DNA of 27,548 nt from Thermofilaceae archaeon (GTDB lineage Archaea > Thermoproteota > Thermoprotei > Thermofilales > Thermofilaceae): positions 1 through 27,548 of the forward strand of contig JALURH010000142.1 of the NCBI GenBank assembly GCA_027017025.1, given 5' to 3'. Below, piece by piece: positions 24,222 to 27,548 of the stretch. Position 1 is the first letter of the stretch; each line of letters starts with the position of its first letter. The notes beneath the pieces were generated by a model. It was not told where the DNA came from, ran no database searches, and saw nothing but the letters and a program-made list of their open reading frames with translations. The position numbers and the translations under genes were made by a program.

Positions 24222-26789
24222 TTATTCCTTTACTTTATGTTCTCGCCTCAAGGGTACAATAGTTTTTAAGTTACCTACAGCTCTCCTAAATATCGTAGTT
24301 AATTTCTCCCTGTATCTCGCAATACCTACAATCACTATGGAGAAAGCGACAATAGCTAATGCAGCGTATGCTATAATAGGTATAGGTTTGATAGATACTT
24401 TAGCTACAATAGTGCTAGTTTGGTATAGGCTCCTACCCTCCTGGCTCCACTTAACTTTAACCTCTATAGGTAACAAGCCGTGAGGCGTGCTAGGATCAAT
24501 ATCGACCTCAAAAACAACTAATCTTTTCTCACCTGGCTCTATCGACCCCACCTGCGTGCTCGTAGACCCAGATATAAATGGGGAGTAGAGGTCGATACGG
24601 ACGCTTTCGGCTTTAGCTCTAGAGGTATTCTCTATCTCCAAGAGGAGTTTATAGCCTTTCTCACCTGGGGAAACAATCACGGGTGTAACGTTCCTTACAG
24701 CAAAGGATACTTTCTCAAGTATAGTTAGCTGGAAAACAGCTTCACGTTCTCCATTCATCTTGAGAACTAATTCATGGTTCCCGGGGGGTGCCTGCTCGTC
24801 TATATCCACTAGGAAGGTTATTGAAGACGACTGCCCCACTGGTAAGTAAGGTATTTTTGCTCTAGCTCCAGAAGCTGTTGAAGGTTTTATCCATGTAGTC
24901 CCTGGGAGTCTTATTTCAACGTCACGAGCCATATAGTCCCCCGTATTAGCGATCGTAGCGGTTACGCGAACAAGTTTATCCCCGGGGAAAAGTACAGTAG
25001 GAGTAGTTTTAACGTAGATTACGGAAAGCTCCCACGTTCCCTCAACACTGTACCCCAGGGCCATTAGCCTAGAATACGTATTCCCCCATTCATCCTCATA
25101 GTCTAGTGTAGCTAGAAGCTGTATAGCGCCATACACCTTTGGCTGTACGAAAACCCTGTACTTTACGAGAACCGTAGAGTTAGGTTCCAGCCTCACTATG
25201 GTTTTTGTTGAGACACCAACTATTGATGCTACCTCCATTGTTTGAGAAGCTAGAGAGAGTGTAATGTTTACTGCCGCACCTGTCCCGTTATTAATTAACC
25301 TCAGGAGAATAGTGTTAATAGAGTTAGGTTTTAGTGTATCGTTAATTGCCTCAACGGCTATAATTGGTTTCCCAGGTTCCTCGATTTTAAAGGCTATATT
25401 AAAGGTATCTACGTATTCGTTACCATATGGGTCATAGTACCTAGCCCTAATATTTAGTATCGCTCCAGGCTCCTCAAGTGGATTAGACGCCACCACTCTT
25501 AATGTTATAGTCCCGTTATCCTCCGGGTCGAGGTTTTCGAAGTAGAACCTACTTTCCCCCAAAACATATACTCCTTGACCCGATACAACATCTACTACAA
25601 CATCTATGGCTTCTTCATCGCCTATATTAGCTATATCTAAGGTAAGTGTTGTCTCCTTCCCCGAGGGTAGTATAGTGGTAGGAGTATAGAGTGTTATTAG
25701 GGGCTCCGCTCCCCTAGCAACCTCTAGGCCTATAGCCACCGTAGATACATGTGTGTCGCCGAAATCATCCATATATGTTGCTGTCAGCGTTAATGTAGCT
25801 GTACCAGTAACCTCCCTATCTATCCTCACTAGTATAGATGTTCTAGCATACCCTTTGGGCGGTATGTCACCTAGGGTACGTGAAGAACCCTCTAGAACAG
25901 CTACCCCCGGGGAGCCGGGTGACACCGTTATATAGACATCATGTGCATAGTTGCTACCCGTGTTCCTAATGATTAACGTTACCCGTGTTTTCCTCCCCGA
26001 ATATACTCTGGTGGGGCTAGTTGAGACAGAAATATGGGGCTCTTCAACTGCTTTAACCTTGAAGCCTATTGTTATTGTCTCCGTACCTGGGTTACCTGAA
26101 TAATCCTGGTACGATATACTCACAGAAATAGCTACGGTATCACCAGCCATACTATCTACAACTAGTTTTACTGGCACGCTAATACTCTTCTCAGCCTCAA
26201 CTAAACCAGGCTTGTTTACACTACCTCCGAGGACGGTTACGAAGGCGCTAGCTGGGTTCACCCTAACTGCTACGTTCCTCGCTGGCGCCTTGGATACCTT
26301 AATGGTTAGATAGACTTTGTTTGTTTTACCTCTACTCAGGGTACTGGTACTAGCTGTAACATTAAACCCGGGTTCACCTAGGAAACCTACCTGGAAAATG
26401 TGTTCCTCACTCTGCGAACTACCTCCAGCTACATAATCTAGACCTAATCTAGCACTATAGTATGATGCTTTTGCTCCCTCAGGTATATCTAGGGAAAACC
26501 TTAGTTCAATAACAACTCCCTGGTTTATCGAGCCTGTATAGGAATCTGTTGATGTTAGATCAGATCCTGCTACATCCTCGATAACTAGTTGAGCATTCAA
26601 CGAGCTCGCGGAGGTGGAGCCAACGTATTTTATCTTAACTACGAGTGTGTTATTTGTTCCAAGTGTGAGGGGGGCGAGCCAATAGGCATCAATAACCTTG
26701 AAGCCTCCAGGGGACGCTGTTATTCTCTGTCCTTGGATAATACAGGAGGAGATAAGTACCAATGCTACCAGTAGACCTAGTTTCCTCAT
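24222..26789 (-). CDS. Secreted, membrane-anchored multi-Ig-domain surface protein (COG1361 S-layer-domain-like)
   Basis: N-terminal signal peptide, about 7 beta-rich repeats (IxNxGxxxAxxV...YxDxxG), C-terminal TM plus basic tail. Confidence 0.85.
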   Translation of the reverse strand: MRKLGLLVALVLISSCIIQGQRITASPGGFKVIDAYWLAPLTLGTNNTLVVKIKYVGSTSASSLNAQLVIEDVAGSDLTSTDSYTGSINQGVVIELRFSLDIPEGAKASYYSARLGLDYVAGGSSQSEEHIFQVGFLGEPGFNVTASTSTLSRGKTNKVYLTIKVSKAPARNVAVRVNPASAFVTVLGGSVNKPGLVEAEKSISVPVKLVVDSMAGDTVAISVSISYQDYSGNPGTETITIGFKVKAVEEPHISVSTSPTRVYSGRKTRVTLIIRNTGSNYAHDVYITVSPGSPGVAVLEGSSRTLGDIPPKGYARTSILVRIDREVTGTATLTLTATYMDDFGDTHVSTVAIGLEVARGAEPLITLYTPTTILPSGKETTLTLDIANIGDEEAIDVVVDVVSGQGVYVLGESRFYFENLDPEDNGTITLRVVASNPLEEPGAILNIRARYYDPYGNEYVDTFNIAFKIEEPGKPIIAVEAINDTLKPNSINTILLRLINNGTGAAVNITLSLASQTMEVASIVGVSTKTIVRLEPNSTVLVKYRVFVQPKVYGAIQLLATLDYEDEWGNTYSRLMALGYSVEGTWELSVIYVKTTPTVLFPGDKLVRVTATIANTGDYMARDVEIRLPGTTWIKPSTASGARAKIPYLPVGQSSSITFLVDIDEQAPPGNHELVLKMNGEREAVFQLTILEKVSFAVRNVTPVIVSPGEKGYKLLLEIENTSRAKAESVRIDLYSPFISGSTSTQVGSIEPGEKRLVVFEVDIDPSTPHGLLPIEVKVKWSQEGRSLYQTSTIVAKVSIKPIPIIAYAALAIVAFSIVIVGIARYREKLTTIFRRAVGNLKTIVPLRREHKVKE

Positions 26790-26790
26790 G

Positions 26791-27546
26791 CTATTCCACC
26801 CTTAGCCTAAGTAGCTTAACTGCTAATGCGAAAAACACTACAGTTTCTATTGAGAGTACGGTAACTTCTCCATAGGTTTCTGGTAGAGTCCACCCCCTTA
26901 ACTGGATATTCCTGAATGCCCTCAAGAAGTGGTAGAGAGGTAATAGTCTGCTAATAAACCTTATCTCCGGGGAAAGCATCTCCGTGGGGGTAAAGAAACC
27001 TGTGAAGAGCATCGAGGGTATGAAGAAGAAGATCGCTGTCTGGTATGCCTGTAGCTGGTTCCGCGATATTACCGAGATTAGTAAGCCTAAACTTAGTGAG
27101 CAAAAGAGGAGTAGTATAGAGATGATAGTTAGGTCCAGGAATTTCCCCTTTACTCTAACCCCAAATAGGGTGACTGAGAGAGCTAGAGTAACAATCATAT
27201 CCCCTATAGTTACTATCGAGTAAGCTAGGAGTTTACTAAAGACTATATCGAAACCACCTATAGGGGTCATTATCAATTGCTCAAACGTTCTCCTCTCCCT
27301 CTCCCTGCTAATAGATACAGCTATTAGACTCATAGGAACTAGATGTAGGAGTATCCCCATTACAACAGCGGCAAAACTATCTACTTTACTAACCTTAGGT
27401 CCATATATTGTCCTCCGCCTCACATCAACTACGAAGATGCCGTAGTTCTCTGAAGCCTTTATCTGGAATGATTGTACTGCAGCTATTACAGCTTCCCACA
27501 CGAGCTCAGATATTGCAGCGTAGCTCGAGTCAAGTATTAACTCTAC
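26791..27546 (-). CDS. ABC-2 type permease, 5'-partial (starts beyond the window)
   Basis: Frame is open past the GTG at 27501 to the window edge; RERERRTFEQLIMTP, FFFIPSMLFTGFFTP, LPLYHF motifs. Confidence 0.9.
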   Translation of the reverse strand, partial: VELILDSSYAAISELVWEAVIAAVQSFQIKASENYGIFVVDVRRRTIYGPKVSKVDSFAAVVMGILLHLVPMSLIAVSISRERERRTFEQLIMTPIGGFDIVFSKLLAYSIVTIGDMIVTLALSVTLFGVRVKGKFLDLTIISILLLFCSLSLGLLISVISRNQLQAYQTAIFFFIPSMLFTGFFTPTEMLSPEIRFISRLLPLYHFLRAFRNIQLRGWTLPETYGEVTVLSIETVVFFALAVKLLRLRVE

Positions 27547-27548
27547 AT

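Noticed and set aside
1248-27223. Many antisense or alternate-frame ORFs in the track (e.g. 1248-1532, 5408-5677, 9002-9286, 10242-10574, 16777-17127, 17923-18210, 26984-27223)
   Set aside because: They overlap well-supported genes and carry no motifs; shadow ORFs.
1-27548. CRISPR array, rRNA, tRNA, intact transposase or integrase
   Set aside because: No regularly spaced repeats, RNA gene signatures, DDE, HUH or tyrosine recombinase motifs were seen.

Overview
Archaeal genomic window, most likely Thermoproteota (Thermofilum-like; inferred from gene content, not proven). It has two parts. Positions 1-7300 are a loosely packed toxin-antitoxin and debris island: a DUF5678-like/retropepsin-like protease pair, three VapBC modules with different antitoxins, a RelE toxin paired with an unusually large 250-aa helical partner, an S51 peptidase, at least two frameshifted pseudogenes and two diverged copies of a 114-bp element. 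Positions 7300-27548 are gene-dense metabolic and envelope DNA: MBL hydrolase plus Lrp/AsnC regulator divergent from archaeal asparagine synthetase, MFS and APC transporters, a GT-C glycosyltransferase, a radical SAM protein, an HhH-GPD glycosylase with a duplicated Cys motif, a DUF1028 hydrolase, an aminotransferase, tupABC, a cyclophilin-like fusion, an NDP-sugar epimerase, and a multi-Ig surface protein downstream of a partial ABC-2 permease. No rRNA, tRNA, CRISPR array or intact transposase/integrase was seen. All family calls are from motif recognition by eye; no searches were run.
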